The notes: generated by a model not told the origin, from the letters alone. 64,000 nt of DNA from Lepidodermella squamata (GCA_047495785.1 JBLDXI010000019.1:1302001-1366000), one strand, 5' to 3'; positions 12,408 through 26,534 are shown, counted from the first letter of the stretch. A program made the numbers and translations.

Positions 12408-15152
12408 ATGAGCAATAAACCAATGCCGACCGAGGAGAAGAAGCCGAATGTCAATCCACGTGTTATTCGAGAGGCCACCGAGGAGGCGAAGCGGCTGGTC
12501 TCGAAGCACGTGAAGAAAACGGAACGGCTTGTCGAGTGCCGCGTAGTCGACTCCGATCTAGAGACTTTCCACAAGTCTCATGAAGCCGAGACGGAGCAGA
12601 ATGCCGGATACACTATTAGCAAATTTGCAAAGCGCGATCTGAAATACGAGTCTGAAAAACTCATTCAGATAACCAAACGGTATTTAATGTTATATTTACT
12701 CCTTATAGCTCACTATTCTTGTCTATTTTAGTTGTATCGCTTCTGGCTATGAAGCCGGTGCGACCAATGTGCGAACTCAATATAAATGCCCTAAGTATAT
12801 CCGTTACCATCTCACGGTATACTGTGGAGTTAGGGTGGTTTCGATTGTTGAGTCGATCGCCGATCACAATGGTCATCCTCGTGCCGACGAGATGATGCGC
12901 TTTTACAAGCACTCTGGCGAATTGCAGAAGCAAATGGACGACATGCTTGCTTCAAGTAATGAGTTAACCTCGATGTCATATTTCAATAATCTGTTTCATT
13001 ATTATTAGACGATGCGAATTTGATCAAATCGCTGTCAACTAGAACGAAGCGCGCTGCAGTAGTGAAAGCTCCGGCTCCTTCGTTGGACAGCGATGCGGAT
13101 CCTATTTGCCGTGATCGCAGACATGTTGCAGACGCAAAAGATTTTGTCAATCGGCAGCGGATCATTCGCCTTCGTGACCGCATTATTTACCACAATTTTG
13201 ATCCCATCTCGGTTGGCAAAATGGTGGAAGAGTATCGGCACGAATTCGTCCTTTACGATGCTCCAACCTCGACCTCGCCTTTCAGATTGGTGCTGATGAC
13301 AGAATGGCAGCAAGCGCTCATCCGTACTGATGCAATTCATGACATTCTGTTTGTAGACTCCACTTACAGCAATGTCACCCACCTGGGGTACGGTTTCTAC
13401 ACCGTCATGGCGATCTCCTCTCGCTACGACAAAGCTGTCCCTATCGCCTTTTTCGCCATCCAAAAGGACGACGCTGAAAATTTGAAGAAGTGCTTCGAGG
13501 CCTTCAAGATGACGTGTGACCGCGTCTCCGAAAACCGGTTCCTTCCGCGGTAGATGAATTATAAAATCTCGCTATTTTGTTTACCTTTTTCCGATTTGTA
13601 GTTGTTTCATGATTGACAAAGATCGCAAATCAATCGATGCGATTGCAACGGTTTATGAAAACCTCGACCAGCCGAGCTTGCAACCAGCAATAATGATTTG
13701 CTGGTTCCATGTGCTCCAAGCGTTTCATCGGTACCTGAGTTCAGAAGAATCAGGGTGCCATGATTCGTCTGATGTGTCAACGGCTGTGCGAACCCGCGTG
13801 ATTGATCTTGTGAGGCAGTTGAAGGCGGCTAAAACTGTGAGTTCACTCGTTCATTCAATTCATTCAACATTGATCTCTTTTCAACATTGATTTTTAGGAA
13901 TCCGAGTTCCAGGCAATCTGGAACAAGAGGAAAGGGCAGTTCATGAAGCCGCTGCATGATTATCTGTGGACGTACTGGGTCAAACCCGAGATCGCAGTTA
14001 TGTGGGCTGATTACGACCAGAAAAATTACAGCTTTCATCAAAGAACAAACAACATCGCTGAAAACTTTTTCTGGTAATTTTCATTATTATTATTTTATTG
14101 TTATTTTATTATTTTTATAATATCGTAGGTTGTTAAAATGGTCCTATTTAAAAGGTAAGTCGAATCGTCGGGTTGACACCCTGTTCCACATCGTCCGAAC
14201 GGTAATCATGCCAGCCTATCGCCATCTATTTTGTCTCATGTTCGAAAATCGAAAAGTCGACCGGCTCAAAGTCACCGACTCTATGGCTGCTGATAAGCAG
14301 CTAAAAGTCCAAAACTTTTCGAAAGAATATGTGAAGTGGCTGGAATGCGGAATAGTCCATGTTGCCTCATTTACCGACCCCAAACATGTCTGGTATAAGG
14401 TATTTGAACAGTACAATTTTTTGGCCAATCTTTCATTTGATGTTTTCATTGCGTTATAGGTCAACGTCGTCGACAAAACTTGCCAATGCGAACGCAGCGG
14501 CAATGGCGTTGTCTGCAAGCATGTGCGTTACCTTGAAAAGGTAGATGGACAGAAAGTTGCGGAGCAGCAGCAACAACTCGCAGCACGTATTATTAATGAA
14601 AACTTGGCCGTGTTGTCATCTAATGCTGAGCGGCGCGTGCTCCAAGTCACGTCGCCTGTCTCTAATACGACAGGAAACGTCGATCTAGTGACATTTCGTT
14701 GCTCTTGCTTTGCGGCCAGCTACAAACGTCACGAATGCGTTTGTGTCTCCGTCGCCCGGCTGTTGTATCCAGAAAACGCACCCCCGGAGCCGGAGATTAC
14801 TGCCGTGTTCGTGTCAAATCGCGCGCCATGCACTGACCGCGCTATCAAACCGCTGCATAAATGGCGGCGGAAGAAGCCGACTCGTCAGCCTGAGTATACC
14901 TGTGGAGAAGTTTTCACGCACTTCAAATTGGCGGCTGGTAAACGCCGGGCCCAGCGTCATTCGATTTCTCAGAAACTTGCCAAATTGACCCGGCCTAATT
15001 TGACGATGGTGGTGGATGGCGAATCGGCCAAAATGGTTGAAACTGTTTTCGTCGCCCCGATTCTTTCAAAAGCTGTGAAAAGATCAGCAACCGCCGATGA
15101 CACCGATGACACCGATGCCCCCTCTACATCAAAGAGAGCGAAGAAAAACTAA
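12408..15152 (+). CDS. MULE-family DDE transposase with N-terminal C2H2 finger and SWIM fingers, 7 exons, ~803 aa
   Basis: Exons 12408-12679, 12732-12955, 13009-13549, 13602-13836, 13898-14073, 14129-14399, 14460-15152 join in frame; motifs LFVDSTY, FMIDKD, ICWFH, TNNIAE, CQC..CKH, CSC..CVC. Confidence 0.9.
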
Positions 15153-15765
15153 CTCGATTTTTTTATACAATTTGCTGAATTTTTTCGTTTCGCTCAAGAA
15201 TTGATTGATTGCTCAAGAATAAATATTATGGCTTATCTCTAGAACAAGCGTTGTCTTTTTCCTCTTATTTTTGCATTTTTTTACGAATTTTATTGCCGCT
15301 TCCTGTTTCCTGTTTTATTGCCAGCATCCGGTTATTATCTTCATCCTATTCATCCGTAGTTATATCCTACTTCCGGTCTCAGGTAGAAATGACACTTCCT
15401 GTATCCGGTCATCATCAAACAAATGAGGTAATGATTAGGTGGTGAGCCACTCATAGAGCTGTTATAAATGCTCGATGGGTTAACACACAAGCCGCACAAC
15501 TTTCCAGGGTCCGATCCAGGTACATCTAGGGTGCGCGCATCTTAGCTGACATGTGCGTGCACACGCGCGCGGCCGTCTTTATACGTGCTGTGCGCTCTCT
15601 TTAGGTGCGCACCGACAAGGCGGAAACCGCTATCGGTATTTTAGACAGGTGGTCTAACAGGTGTCGTGGATAGAATGAGACAGAAACGAGACAAACGTCA
15701 AAACTTCGATATTTACTTTGATAAAGCAACTAATTTTCGTTTAAAGTATCATCATCATCATCATC

Positions 15766-17210
15766 ATGGTTGTTGTTAAGCAATCAGATCGGCCGGATAT
15801 TTCTGAAGTGCTGCACCTGGTGAGGAAGAATCCTGGTTGGCGGAAGGTGACTAACTTCACTCGTCATGGCAACAGCGCTGCGGTCGCTACGGTGAAGAAG
15901 CGGGTAATCGACGACTACGCGGCAGATCCAAGATCTAGCTCTGTCCAGGTTGCTGAACTTCGTGACTTGCTAGATTCAGTGAAAGACAACGCTGAGCCGG
16001 CTCATCGCGAGCATGATTCTGCCATCGAACTGGCAAGCGTGCCAAAAGAACAACTCAGCCGGCTGTACTCGGCAGTCAAATATCAAATGTCCAACCATGG
16101 GACAAAGGTTCCGGCGTCACAGTTGGGCTGCGGTGATTTAAGCCAAGCTTGCATCGACGATTGGTTCGCCAGTTTGCACGTAGTCTGTGAAACGATGAAA
16201 CACATCTACAGCAGCGGTCGTCTGGCTGAAAACCTTCGCGATGGTTTGTCGCAGATTGTTGATGGGTTCGAGTCCCTCGTAACGAGTACTTTCGAAAACG
16301 TCACTATCGATTGGGCTAGGTGCGACCGGAGAATAGCGGCTGGCATTTCGGCGTTTGATGCCGCGACTGATGGCTTAAAAATCGGCGACCCGCAAGAAGA
16401 ATCGACGCGTGATAGCATCGTTTCAGTTAGTTCCGCGAAATCGTCTGTTAATCGATCTTCTTCGTCCGTCGATGAATCTTCGTCATCTGCGTCTGTGGAC
16501 CAATCGGTCGATTCTACCACGCTTTCTGTTACGGCATCGTCGAAAGTGGTGAAAGCTCGCAAACCAGCAGCTAGAAAAAGGGTAGGTATACAATCTGAGA
16601 CCAGTAAGATCATTTAATCACCCCTTACGTTTATTAGAAGCAACCTGTTGAATCGGCGTCAAGTGACACTGTCCAAGCTGCATCGCAGTTGGAACCCTCA
16701 AGCTCCAAGGTCTCGCGATCGATCAGCATCTCCCCGCCAAGTTCTCAATTGCTGAACCAAGCTGAACCGTCGCTTGCCTGTGATTCTTCATCTTCGACTG
16801 CATCTTCGTCTTCATCTTTGCCTTCGTCCGTAACTTTTCCTTCATCCGAATCTCTTCCAAGCTCATCTGCTCCGCAAACTAGCTTCTGTCCAATGTATAA
16901 TGACCACTTGAAGATTTTAGGAATTTCATTAGTTCCAACTCAACGCCTTCAACATTGTATAATTAAAGAGTTACCTGACGGTTTGTGGTCTTGTTTCTAC
17001 GATAGCGCCTCCCCTTCCCACAGCAGCATAATTTCGTTCATTCAGAGTGCGAGAATAATTGAAACTCCACTGCATTTGTTATCCGACTTCCTTCTGCAAA
17101 ATTCAGTAGCTCGATGTGACTTTATAATAGTGCGCAATAATTTGAATTCCTTCCATCAGCAGTCTCAAGGTTTTGTTAGCTCTAGCAGCGGAACATTAAT
17201 GTCCATGTAA
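15766..17210 (+). CDS. Second gene of the MULE element, Ser-rich, ~462 aa, unknown function
   Basis: Exons 15766-16581 and 16638-17210 join in phase 0 across a GT-AG intron; AATAAA at ~17219. Confidence 0.75.
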
Positions 17211-17449
17211 ATAATAGCAATAAAAGGATAATCATTGATAATCGTTCACGAGGCAAACTGACTGCTCACAATGAAAAAGGAATGAAAAAGGAACGCAGAG
17301 CTGAAAATAAGGGAGCATGAAGTTGCGATAAAAATATTTCAAGATATAATTACAGCAATTATTAAACATACTAAAAGGTGTATTTATAAATAATAATATA
17401 AATGCTGATCCGAGCTAATATAAATGCGAACCCAAGGACTCAGTGTTGA

Positions 17450-17669
17450 AGCTCTTGCTCTGAGAGCGCGGGTCCTGAGGGCACAATTTCACTCGGCTGG
17501 GCGCAGTGCTCTGAGAGCATGCTCTTAGAGCTAAATTTCATTCGTTCATGGGTAGTGCTCTGAGAGCATGCTCTGAGAGCTGGCGCTCTGAGGGCGCGCG
17601 CTCTAAGAGCAAGCTCTGTATGCGCGCACATTTCACCGTGCTCTCAGATCAAATCGTCCCCACCGGAAT
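17450..17669. repeat. Right TIR, array of GCTCTNAGAGC palindromes
   Basis: Reverse complement attccggtggggacgatttgatctgagagca aligns with left attccggtgtgcgcgatttgctctgagagca. Confidence 0.85.
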
Positions 17670-18321
17670 CTCGCACGGCATTGTTTTCACCTAGAGAGAA
17701 CCAAAACCTCGTTCTCATGTCTCCTCTCCTGTTCCGTCCTCCTTTTTGATGCTGGTCCATTGCTCCTAGCTCTTAGTACGTCGTTGATGGCAGTTACATG
17801 CTGAACGTGACGCTTTTGCACGAGGGCTACACTTGATGGAAAATTGAATTCGGAAAATCTGAAGGCTAGAAATATTTCGACAGATGAGCTCTTTTCTGCG
17901 CGAATCGCCTGTAGATTTTAGATCGATTATTAGCTGTGACGAATGAGCAAAATATTTCCGCTCATATCAATATTACTTTAAAATTTAGGCCAAGCTTCAA
18001 TTGCCATTAAAAAAATACTTATCCCTTATCCCCTTCTTTGAGAGCTCGCTGCTAACAGAACTTCGTGGTTCGTGGTGCAAAACTGTCATGAAATAGAAAA
18101 TGACACTATGAAAAAAACTAAGCTTGCAATCAATAATCAAGCAGCAACAGGCACAAGGCTTGTGAAATGTTACTGTGGAGCAGCGTAGGCCTCGCAGATC
18201 TCAAAAAGCGATGCTTTTATTCATGTAAGTATAGGGGGCAGCCAAAATTGAATTTAGCCGTTTAATCCCTTTATTTTTATCTATTTGAACTCTCCATTTT
18301 ATATAGGCCATTATATTGATA

Positions 18322-20236
18322 ATGAGCGATAACGAAGGTAACGACAACCGTCAAACGATTCAAGTTGGAACTAGCTCTTTTGATGACACACAGTCGAATC
18401 AAACAAGCGGAATAAAATCTGAACGGGACACAGATTCATCACGTATTCCCGCAAGTGAGGATATTATCGACCTCACACAATCGAGTGACGAAGAAAGCGT
18501 TGTTGAACAAGTCATTGATGGGTCAATTTCTGAGTCCCACGACTCTGACCTCGAAATTATCTCCCACAGAAGCGGAAGTCCTGCTGTAGTAATAACACTG
18601 CCGGAAAATGAAGCAGCTGCTGCATTTGTCGCTCCAAGGCAATCTGTTCAAGCATCCGGTGAAAACACTTTATCGGTAGGTTCAAATCGTTGTTTGTTTT
18701 AACGTTTGTTGAGTGATCCTTTCATTGCATCTAGCCTTCCAGACATCGCCTCTCTCAGCCAGTGACTCGCGAAGTTTCCCTAGATCGTCCACCAGTCGAG
18801 CCATGGGGTTTGTTAGGAACGGCGTCGAATTCTAGGATATTTCATCGACCTAGAGATGATGTTATTGATTGGCTCAATGGAATTGAGCCATTCATCCCGG
18901 TTGAATCTGCATCTCCTAGTTCTTCCTCTTCGAGCTTCGTCCAGCCTCATTTGATCTATCCTCCCATTTGGTCATCGGGCCTTCCGCCTCGACCGGTTCA
19001 TTGCGGGCATTGTGGACATTCAGTCAGACTATCGAGTTCCATAGATCCGTCTCAGCCATCCACGTCGTCATCGCTACCGACCGAGCCCCTCCCTCAAACC
19101 GGTATAGGAAACGGGCGAATGCAACAACGGCCGCTCAACAATGCTACAAATGATCCGAACAATAGTGTTCTCGAGCGGATGTTATCAACTCCTCCATCCC
19201 CTGTTGGTGAAGAAAGCAGTAATCGCTCTCGTCAGCCCGGTGCTAATATAAGATCGATGCCTTCAAACCCAGCTTACCACAATACGATTTCCCAATTCGA
19301 GCCGCAATTTCTTCACAACCCGATGAATTTTCCACCTCCACCGGCGCACTCTGGTGCATCCATATCCTTAGGGCCACCTTTACATCTCCCGGCAAACTTC
19401 GGGTTAGTCTGCTTCAATTAATAATGTAGCATATAAATTGTTTATTGGTATTCATAGGGTTGAGAATCCCTTTTCAAACGCGATGCAGCATGAACATGCA
19501 ACTACCAGTGACTTGAACCGCAATTTTCCTCACACCCATTCTAGCGGTATTTCCGGGCCGTTCATACCAAGCTTAAGGACAAATATCCTCTCTCAAATCT
19601 CGGCTGGTCAAATGTTATACAATCACAGACAGGCGCAAGCTCAGCAAGCCGATCCGTTCAGCAACCGTGTTGGATATCGTTTTTTGGACCAACCAACTTT
19701 AAACCAACCGCCCTATATTGGACATCCAATCGAATTGTTGCCTGCTTCGGTTCTCCTGCAAGGGGTAAATTTAAAATTCAGATAAAAAATGATCCTAATT
19801 TAATTTAAATTAACAGTTTTACCCTGATTTTCCTGGTTTTGGACTATCTTCAACTCAAATCGAAAAACATACGGTGAAATACGTTTTAGATAACTCATCC
19901 GCTAGCTCAGAACCGGATGAACCAGCAGCGAAAAGAGTCAAAGCATCTTTCACGGACGAGAAAGAAGCGTGCTGTTCTGTTTGCCTCGATGGCTTTGAGG
20001 GTGGCCAAACCCTTCGCCGGCTAACGTGTCAACATTTATTTCATTCCGACTGTGTCGACGAGTGGTTAAAACGGCGCCCAACGTGTCCTAATTGCCGAGT
20101 GGATGTGAGGAAACCTGTTGCTGGCGAGACAGCGCCATCTACTGCCAGTAGCAGCAATCCAACCTTCACCAACTTTCATCACTTCCGAGCTTCTCATCGG
20201 AATTCTAGAGCTTGGCCGTTCGCAAATAACCCGTAA
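18322..20236 (+). CDS. RING-H2 E3 ligase with SIM-like motifs (Arkadia/RNF111-RNF165-like), 4 coding exons
   Basis: CSVCLDGFEGGQTLRRLTCQHLFHSDCVDEWLKRRPTCPNCRVD; GLSSTQIEKHT pre-RING motif; N-terminal IIDLTQSSDEE. Confidence 0.8.
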
Positions 20237-20799
20237 AAATGTATGCTACTCTTTATCTTGTGCATTTATTGCTTTCTTGATTTTTTGTAAAAAGCGATAT
20301 ATTTATTTAAATTATTACCCACATTCAGTTTATTTAGAATTGTGAATAGCATTATTCAATTTTGAAGTTGAACATTTTCTCTATTAACCAAGCATGTTGT
20401 TGCGTTGTTTTGATAAAACTACGTTCGAATCGTATTTACGATGATTCGTGTTCTGTTGGTTCTTAAGCAACACTAAATGTTCTGTATCTTGTTCACTTGA
20501 AATAAATATTTGGAAATCTACTGACATTTTACGACTATTTACGACTTATTACTATTGCAAGTCGAGGAATTGTGTTTTTCATAGACTGCGCTGCATATGA
20601 TATTCTTATTTTGACCCCAAATCGATGTACCGGATTTGTACATTATAAGGACAGGACAGAGTGTTCATCTGAGAATAATGGAACGATTTTATCGATTTAG
20701 TCAACCGATGGACGCTGTCTGAGTGAAATAAAATTCCGATGATACAAAAATTTCGCGTTTTTATTGCAAAAGAAAACACGCATGCAAATGGGTTGAATG

Positions 20800-23071
20800 T
20801 CAGTGGTGATTGCTCTTCGTCTTGGCTTTACGTTCGGCTAAAACTTCGACGAGGCATTCTCGGAGAAACGGTTCGGATTGTACCATTAGATAGCCTTTCC
20901 TGAGGGTTTCATCCTCGCGCTTTTGCGCATCACGGATAAGTGTCAACGTTTTCAGCATTTGTACCTGAAAAACAACCGAATGTCTCATTCGAATATCAGA
21001 AATAGAGCTACAACTAACGATGACGGGCATGTAAGATTCTTTGACCGTGTTAGAGATATGGCACAAAACTTGCTCGTAATATTTTGCGCGATCAACAAGC
21101 ACCATGCTCTCGCTTTCTATCCTGAAAAAAAACGATCAGCATTCCAGAAAACATTAGTTACTCAGCTGTTACTCTTTGTCAATGGTAGCAATACGGTGAC
21201 GAATGTCTGAATTGCGCGCGTCGAGCTCCGTAATATGAGCACGCTTTTTGGCTGCTTGTTCTTCTGCCTGAGATTTCCATTCATACAAGCGCCTCTCCTC
21301 ACGCTGTAATTAAAATTAAAAGAGCTATTTACATGATAACAGGTAACATACCTCCATAAATTGCCGCTCTTCATCAATGAATCGTTTGCTTTGAGCTTCT
21401 TTAAACTGGATTTCTCGGTCGATGTGGTCGTGGTCGCATTCGAGCTGGGATTTGACGACTGAGAATTCACGTAACTTCTGCTTAGCCCTGACACTTTCTT
21501 CATTCAGAGTGTCGTTCAATTCGAGAGATGCAGGCTAAATTGGAGAGTATTATTATAAAATTAATCGCGATTAATAAAAATACCTTGATGACATTTTTGA
21601 AATAAGAAAGTTGTTCTGCTGGAAGACTGGGCAGTGTCATTCCCAGATTACTCGGATCGATGCTAATACTCAAACGACTCAGCTGACTCAGCAACTGATT
21701 CACGCCATGTCGGAAGCGATTGATGCTTTCATCGACTGGACCTTTGGCCTCAAGTATCTCCTTCTTCGTGTCCTCCGCATGAAGTCGATGGCTTTCGATG
21801 TCTTGCTCAATGTCACCGATTTCACAATTTAATTGTTGAATCAAGTCTCGAGTAGCTGTAATGACGTTTCGGTCGATAGACTGCTGTGAAATCGCGTCTT
21901 TCAGTTTATCCAAGGTCTGAGTGGCCTCGTTCCATTCAGCCTCTGAATTCTTAAAAGTTGAACGATTTATTCAACCAATCGGAAATAGCCGAACCTGTCA
22001 ATGCTAATAGTTTGGACGCTTGCTCCTCACGTTGTTCACTAGCGGCTAGCGCTGAACGCCTAGCCTCTATTTCTTGCCTTCGAATAGTTATTTCTGCATT
22101 GTCCTCGTTAATTTTCATTTGAAGTTCAGTTTGTTCATTCTACGCGTAAAGCATTGGTAAAAAATAGGTGATCTTAAAACTGAAAGATCCATTTACATCT
22201 TTCGATTCCAGTTCGGAGAGTTCAGCTTGCAAGGATTCGACTCTACTGGCAGCCTGCATTTCTTTGTTTTTCTTCGCTTTAGCATCATCCACTACAATAA
22301 ACTAGATGCAAAATACATGGACTCGGATAAAACAAACGAACTCAAAACACGCCGCATATCTTCCACAGCTTCAGAAGATATTGGTTTTTGATACAAGAAA
22401 CTCTCGTACAGCTTCCCATGATAATCACGCCAAGCTTTGCCTTCTCGCTGCTTAATATGGTCACTGACGTCGTCCTAAATAACAATTGTTATGTCTGCGA
22501 TGCATCACAGAATAGAACATACCAAGTTTTCGTATAACCAAAGCAGGGCGCCGAAAACGACCGGCCAGCCGCTCGGAGTGGTTGCAGACTGGACATGGGA
22601 TTTTTTGAGGGCGAAAGGGTAATGCAACTCTAGCATGACCTTCGGAAATTCTTCCTCGATTCGATTCTGTCCCATGTCATAATTGGCAGAGATCTTGCTC
22701 ATGAGAAACTTGAAAATCTGGGTGACCAATGCAGTCGTGGGCTGTTCGAGGGATTTTATAGTCAGCTGCTGCGAGAATGAGTTTTCGTCAAGATACTGTA
22801 CAGAAAAAAATTGCAGCGCAACGATTCAGGGTATCATTAGAACCTACAGCAAGCAATTGATTCGCAGCTTGGTTGAAAATGGCCTTGTCTTTGAAATTCC
22901 TCGATTCTTTGACGTTGCCAACCTCGAGGAATTGCAAAGGGCCCCCTTGGCGGCTGGTAAGATCGCATAAGTCACAATCGATTATTATTGGGCGTAAATT
23001 ACGACTTACGTTCTCATAGATGAAGCAGGCGCAACACTTTCTCTGCTCCCCGGTGCGACAGACTTCCGCAT
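20800..23071 (-). CDS. NDC80: Kinetochore protein NDC80/HEC1, multi-exon
   Basis: CH-domain motifs SRNFKDK, IFKFL..IEEEFPKVMLELHYPF..WPVVFGALLWL followed by a long coiled coil. Confidence 0.9.
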
Positions 23072-24584
23072 ATTGAGGTTTATAGTAAATTTTGTTAAAT
23101 TGATGGAAAATTTCAAGCGGCACAGGCACCTAATACGAAGAGGCAAAGGCAAAAAGTAAACAGTAATTTCTATCAATTTATAATAGCTTTGGTTTACCAC
23201 GGATTGACAGTTTCCTAGTTTCTAGTAAACTGATTACTAGATAAGAGTTGTATTACATAGATTGAAAACTTTTAACTCTTTGTCATCGCCATAAAAATGT
23301 ATAATACGCATTTGAAAAAAATTTGATCTGCCAATTTCATCAACGCCTGCATGTGCCATGTGCTCATCCCTCAAGGGTGAATGTGAACGGAACTCGACTG
23401 TAAACTTCACCATATCGAGCAACACAACATTTTAGCGAGGGAAGGGATGGCCAGTTACTGACTGGCTTTTAGCTGCAAGTCAAGTTTTAGCCCACTGATA
23501 TTTCATTTCTAGCCCACTGTTCAGAATAGCTGAGCCAAGAGCCAAAGATTTCAAAGAAGATTCCATTCATCGCTTGAGAATCTGACCCGATCCAACATCC
23601 GAAAAAAACGGAAAATCGGCTAATACAAATAGCCCGCCATATATTGTTAATCACATATGTTTTGAAATATACACTATTTTGAAGTAATTATATATAAAAA
23701 TATAATATGATCATATTTTTTATTGTTTGTTGGCATGGAAACGCCATCTTTGTCGGTTTTACTTGACGGCACGTGATTCAAATGCTTTGAAGGACCATTC
23801 GGTAAGTGAACTGCAAAAAATACAGGGGAATACGCCATGGAATATTAGACGATGACATGGATTTATCGAATCTATTGGACTGCTAAGTAGGAGGATAAGA
23901 AGAGACACTTGAGACTGATGATAGTGGACAGGGCGCGCATTTGGTCCCAGCTTCACATCCATGATACGAAAAAGATGTGTGGGCAGGAAAGCTTTGATGG
24001 GTAATAAGTGCGTTCACCTGTTTCAATTAATGCCATTGGACTTCACTTATACTTTTTGCAAGGCGGAAATAAACTGTTAACGCGTCTAATAAGACAATCA
24101 GCAGGTATCAATAAGTAGCTTTTCTTACGGAAGAGACCGCTTGAAAATTTGTGCGAAATATGTTAGTCCACAACTTATTCCGATTCTGTTAACTATTTAC
24201 ACTTTGCAGAACAACTTCTTGCAGAGGCGACCCTCAATCGTTATGAGGTGAAAGTCGCTTGTTTTGCCCCTTATGGTCTCTTGTCAAAGCAGAAGGCAGT
24301 AGAACATCAAAACATATGATTATAATACATTTCTGCGATCAGTTTTGAGTTTTGAAAACATCGGAATGTTGAGATCAATCTCCAGCAGTCAAATACTGCA
24401 CAACCAACGCCCGTAAAATACCTATGGGTGTGTTCACTTGGAATCTGCTGGCATATTGTTCACTGTGCATTTCATGTTGTATTTATTAAAGGACCTTCGT
24501 AAAAGGCGAAATGAATCAAAAACAAGCAATTTGATGAGAAATGATTGAAAATTCGGAAGAAACAGATCTCAGATATAAGCACTA

Positions 24585-25667
24585 CCGGGGAGCGGTACAA
24601 TGTTGACAACGCCCAATGCTCTTTTCTAAAACAAATTCTAAAAAATCAGGTTTTTTTAATCCGGTAAATCTGACGGCACCATTAGAAACCCCTTCACCTG
24701 GCGCTAATTTAGATGCCAAAAACCAGGTTTAATCCGTTTTTGGCTTGGAGCATTGATCAGGTAAAGAAAGGTACAACGTTGTCAAGCAAGGTACAATTTT
24801 GACAATCTCAGTTTTTTTTGTTTTTTTTTGTTTAAAATTCCAAAAGCATATGCAGATGAGGTCCTTGGTTTTGAATAATTTCTCTTCCGAACCCACACCC
24901 GAAGTAAATGTGATCTTAAAATATTTCTTGCCTGCTTCGTGATGCGGCATTTAGAAGCCACTCCAGCTGCCCACAGGGCCCAAGCTGTCTGGCAGAGGGG
25001 TTAGCCACCAGTCCGGTTCTATATTCGATATAAACTAAGTAAACCAAATCGATGAATCATATTTTTCGATGACATTCAATGACATTCAACACCGTTCAAC
25101 ATTTTCCTTAGGGTGGCCCAGAACTATCGAGGCATACTTTCTAGGCTAAAATACAACTTACAGGCCTCAACTTATCATCATAACGTCGAATTCATAGCCG
25201 TTATAAAAAAACATTAGCAAAATTTGAGAAATTCTTAACGCCATTTTGCCTTGTCAAAATTGTACCAGCTGTCAAACTTGTACCCAGAAGTTGACAACAT
25301 TGTACCTCAAAAAGTGCGTCTTTGCCGCTAATTTACCTGGAATAGGCTCTTTCAAAAAATGTCTTTTTACCTTGACAATTCCTGGAATATTGTTAGCTCC
25401 GTTTCCATATAAAAATAATTTTCAGAAACCACCTGGTTGAGGAGATGCGGAGGGGTCATTTTGCTATTTTCGTTGCTTCTCGTAGAATAAATCAATCGCC
25501 AATAATCGAATCGAAATCGGGAAAAATAACTGGATATCCTTAAACTAGAAGAGGTCAGGTATTTTTCGCTCATTTTTAAAGAATTTTAGGATGAAAGGCC
25601 CAGGTGGGCCAGCAGGTAGAAAAAATGTTGTCAAGGTTGTACCTGACAACATTGTACCCTTCCCCGG
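24585..25667. mobile_element. Non-autonomous TIR element (MITE), TA target duplication, Tc1/mariner-pogo type
   Basis: TA|CCGGGGAGCGGTACAATGTTGACA ... TGACAACATTGTACCCTTCCCCGG|TA; internal gtacaa..ttgaca motif repeats; no ORF. Confidence 0.85.
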
Positions 25668-26534
25668 TATCTCAAATCGATTTCAGGGGAAATGTAAGAT
25701 GAATCAAATAATCTTCGCAGGAACTAGTTTTCATCTTGACAAATGAGGGGGTGTGGAAAGTGCACATAATTTCATTAGCTATTCCAATGTATTTATGCCA
25801 TAAATGACCCAAAAATAGTAACGAGTATCGAATGTGATTGTCATAGAGCAATTGAAGCTCTATGATGAGTCACAAATATGCCGCTTTCATTGATTACTTT
25901 CTTATCAATGAAAGAGGATTCGAACGATATAGAAAGGCGTTAATACTCAACAGGGTGTTGAAGAGAAAGTGGGTGAAAATTTGCTAATCTCGAAAAAATG
26001 GGCGTTCAAAAAATTTAGTTTTTAATTGCATTAATTAATATTTGTTTGCGAAATAAATTCTGAAGTTATTTTCATACGCACAGTCGAGCTTTGGGGTAAT
26101 CTGAGATGAGGAATCTTGCTAGATATTCAAAAAATTTGATGGAATCAAGCTAGTGCTTCCACGAAAGTTGAATCGATAAGCCTTTTCGGCGACACTTCGG
26201 GGTCTCTCGTCTTTTGAGGTAGATGGGAGCCTCCTAGAGGTCTTTAAATTTTTAAATTCAATGTTCTAAAGAAAAATTGAGAAAGAGCATCATCTGAGAA
26301 TTCGAGAATCGTCCCTTTTCAAGTCATCACACTCTTAGCAATTTGCCGGAAATTACAGAAAATACGCCAAACCCCACTTTTCACTTGATAACCGTCAAAT
26401 ATTTTCCCTCATTTCGGATATCCATATAAGGAAAAAATTCAGGCGGAATGTGCGAACTTGTTGCGAGCCATGTTTGAACTCATTTTACAAAATAGGTCAC
26501 ATGGACGCAAAAAATAAAGCCCGCCACACCGGGT

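Larger units (their letters stand above)
11850..17669 (+). mobile_element. Mutator-like (MULE) DNA transposon, ~5.8 kb, two genes, long imperfect TIRs
   Basis: Ends ATTCCGGTG (11850) and CACCGGAAT (17661-17669); ~160 bp imperfect inverted arms made of GCTCTNAGAGC palindromes; encloses a transposase and a second gene. Confidence 0.9.
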
